Of a DNA stretch of 56,570 bases, positions 54,439 through 56,570 are shown piece by piece (within the stretch, counting starts at the first letter, position 1; each line of letters starts with the position of its first letter). This DNA is from Paraglomus brasilianum. Lineage: Eukaryota. Below the pieces are notes generated by a model. The model had not been told where the DNA came from. It made no database searches and saw only the letters and a list, made by a program, of their open reading frames with translations. The translations under genes were made by a program, and so were the position numbers. The stretch spans positions 1-56,570 of the forward strand of contig CAJVPI010000089.1 in NCBI GenBank assembly GCA_910592345.1, read 5' to 3'.

Positions 54439-55425
54439 ATGGGTTCGTTAAACGTGTTCGAAAAACAATTTTTTTTTTCTCTAAAAATAGATTACCTGAA
54501 AGGATCCAAGAACTCCTTCTTGACTAATTGCATCCATTTTTGTGGAAGTCTTTTCAGCCATGTAGAAGAAAAACCCTACTTCTTTCGGCGAAACATAAAA
54601 CGTCAAAACTACCATAAAAGGGTCATATGTGAAATTTATATGCGGATCGTATGTAATAATTATAATGACGCATATTAATATGGTGATCGGATCGGACTTT
54701 CACTGTGATTGGATGATTATGTAATAATGACGCATATGGTGATCGGATCGTGCACACCACAAATTTGGGTATCATGTGATAATAATAATAAAATCAAATC
54801 TTATTTATTAATAATGGATCTTTTTTGCTGAGGTGGTGAAAATAATTTGTAGTGATGCTAATAAATTCTGCAGGGCAGACTAATTACAGTTGCAACTCAG
54901 GTTGGCACATCGCATATACACTCCCCTGACAAAAGTGATATCATAGATCGGTCAAGCGGAGAAAAAGCAGAGGAAGCGTAAAATATGAAAGCGTTTCGTA
55001 AATAGCTGATTTCCTTACTCAAGACACTTTTCCGACGTAAAATTATTGGAGATATGAATGCTCAAGACCGCGTTGTTGCCCTCAAAAGGTCAACAATATT
55101 TACGCATCTTACTTGGGCAGAATAAATTCATAGCAAATTTTCAGATTGGAGGCCAAGTATAAAATATGGAAAAGTGTAACAAGTGTCTGGGTTCGGATGA
55201 ATGATCTAAATAATGGAATGGGATCACAGCTCCAACGACCAGATTTCATTGAAAATGTTGGACTTGGTCCCTTATTTTCGCGAAGAGATAAATGTTTCTA
55301 AACCACAAAATGTTATTTTAATAATCAATATACTAATATAAATACGACTAAACTCTAAGATAAAATACGATTGTATATTACACAAACAATTCTTCTAACG
55401 GTATAGTATTTCCCTGTAACATATA

Positions 55426-56570
55426 CAGTGCCTACTCAAAAGTCTTGCAACTAATAAAGGAACTACTCAAAAGTCTCCGACCACCCCTTAAATGATTGTA
55501 ACATCCAAACACAATGAAATTTTAATCATTATTCTGACCTACTGCTACATTCCTGTAAAATTTAATTGCACAATATGTAAGATTTTGAGTTTGCTTATAT
55601 CTGAACTTATCTAACAAATTATGTTTCGCAACCCAAATGTACATAAAAAAAGTTATGTTACTATTACGACACCATACAAATTAATATTTATTTGAAAGTA
55701 TTGAAAGTCTTAATCAAATACAAAAATTTCACACTGTTATCTTGCTTAGTTGCCTAAAATAAAATTACAAAATTATAAAATTTATTATGTAAAAATGTGG
55801 CAAGCGCAGTTATGAAGCAAATTATAACAAAACCTTCAGCATGCCTAACTGCTTTATTCTACGTTTCATGCTTAAAATTAGATTTTGAAATACGGTGTTT
55901 GGAATTTTCTTCTATTCTTGAAGAGTTTTTCCTCAGATGTTGGTGGTGGATCTGTTGTCTGCTACTAATAACTCATCTCACAGATGTTCAATGGGATTAA
56001 GGTCAGGGCTCTGTCCTGGCCATCGCATTGTCAACTTACTTTATGGACTGAAGCATTGTCTTGCTGAAATTCATAATCAACAATTTCCCCTCCATAAAAT
56101 GTATTAAATGTGCATTCAAAATGTCTATGTATCTCTGACTGTTAATTGTTCCTTCGAGAGGGCCTAAAGAGTCCCATGTGAAACACCCATACCATTACTA
56201 TTACTCCTCCACCATGCTTAACTGTCGGAACAATATTTCTGTTTTGGGAGTCTCCATGCACAAGTCCTGCCATCATCACTTTGGAACAGTGTAAACTGAG
56301 ATTCATTGCTCCAGATGACTTTTTCCCATTGCTCATTTGTCTATTCTTGGTGTCTTTTGCACCATCCCAATTGGTCTCGACGGTTTTTGACTGAAATGAG
56401 TGGTTTTATGACAACAACTTTCTATGATAACCTGCTTTATACAAAGCTCTTCTAACTGTTGAAAGGCTGGCAACAGTTCCAGATGACTGGACAATGTCGT
56501 GCCGACTACTGCGGGAGAGCAGAAAGTAATCGACACTTGGGATTTAACTAGTCTCGACGGAGCGTGGCGC
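55426..56570 (-). mobile_element. Degraded Tc1-family transposon (other end outside the window)
   Basis: Terminal TA|CAGTGCCTACTCAAAAGT. Minus-strand IVPTVKHGGG..MVW, FQQDNA and WPGQSPDLNPIEHL* (about 55980-56025), with stops and frameshifts; CpG-poor. Confidence 0.9.

Overview
Intron-rich eukaryotic DNA of fungal type. The tyrosine-kinase-like (TKL) kinase style, short GT-AG introns and gene set point to Mucoromycota, probably Glomeromycotina (inference). Conserved genes: MCP1-like (truncated at the window edge), RPA49, NSA2, PEX6, a bHLH factor, TRAP-alpha, a MOSC protein, DUF1264/OBAP, an SDR, DPM3 (not in the ORF track) and V-ATPase subunit A, plus two large, mostly disordered proteins that share a C-terminal PFU-like module. 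Tc1/mariner, hAT, pogo-like and MITE relics are interspersed. The best candidate for an undescribed system is at 5.3-10.5 kb: a gene encoding a Q-rich region, a non-RD TKL kinase, 14 high-identity LRRs and about 9 TPRs. Its repeat half is strongly CpG-depleted and it is bracketed by two inverted copies of one TIR family with TA on the outside, so it may be a mobilisable, diversifying immune-receptor-like cassette next to a transposon nest. Other points: a GC-rich hairpin island, a predicted 3-nt microexon, ATG-only first exons, an F-box/LRR protein with WG/GW motifs and a possible caspase-like relic. All calls were made by eye without database searches, so intron boundaries and family names need confirmation.
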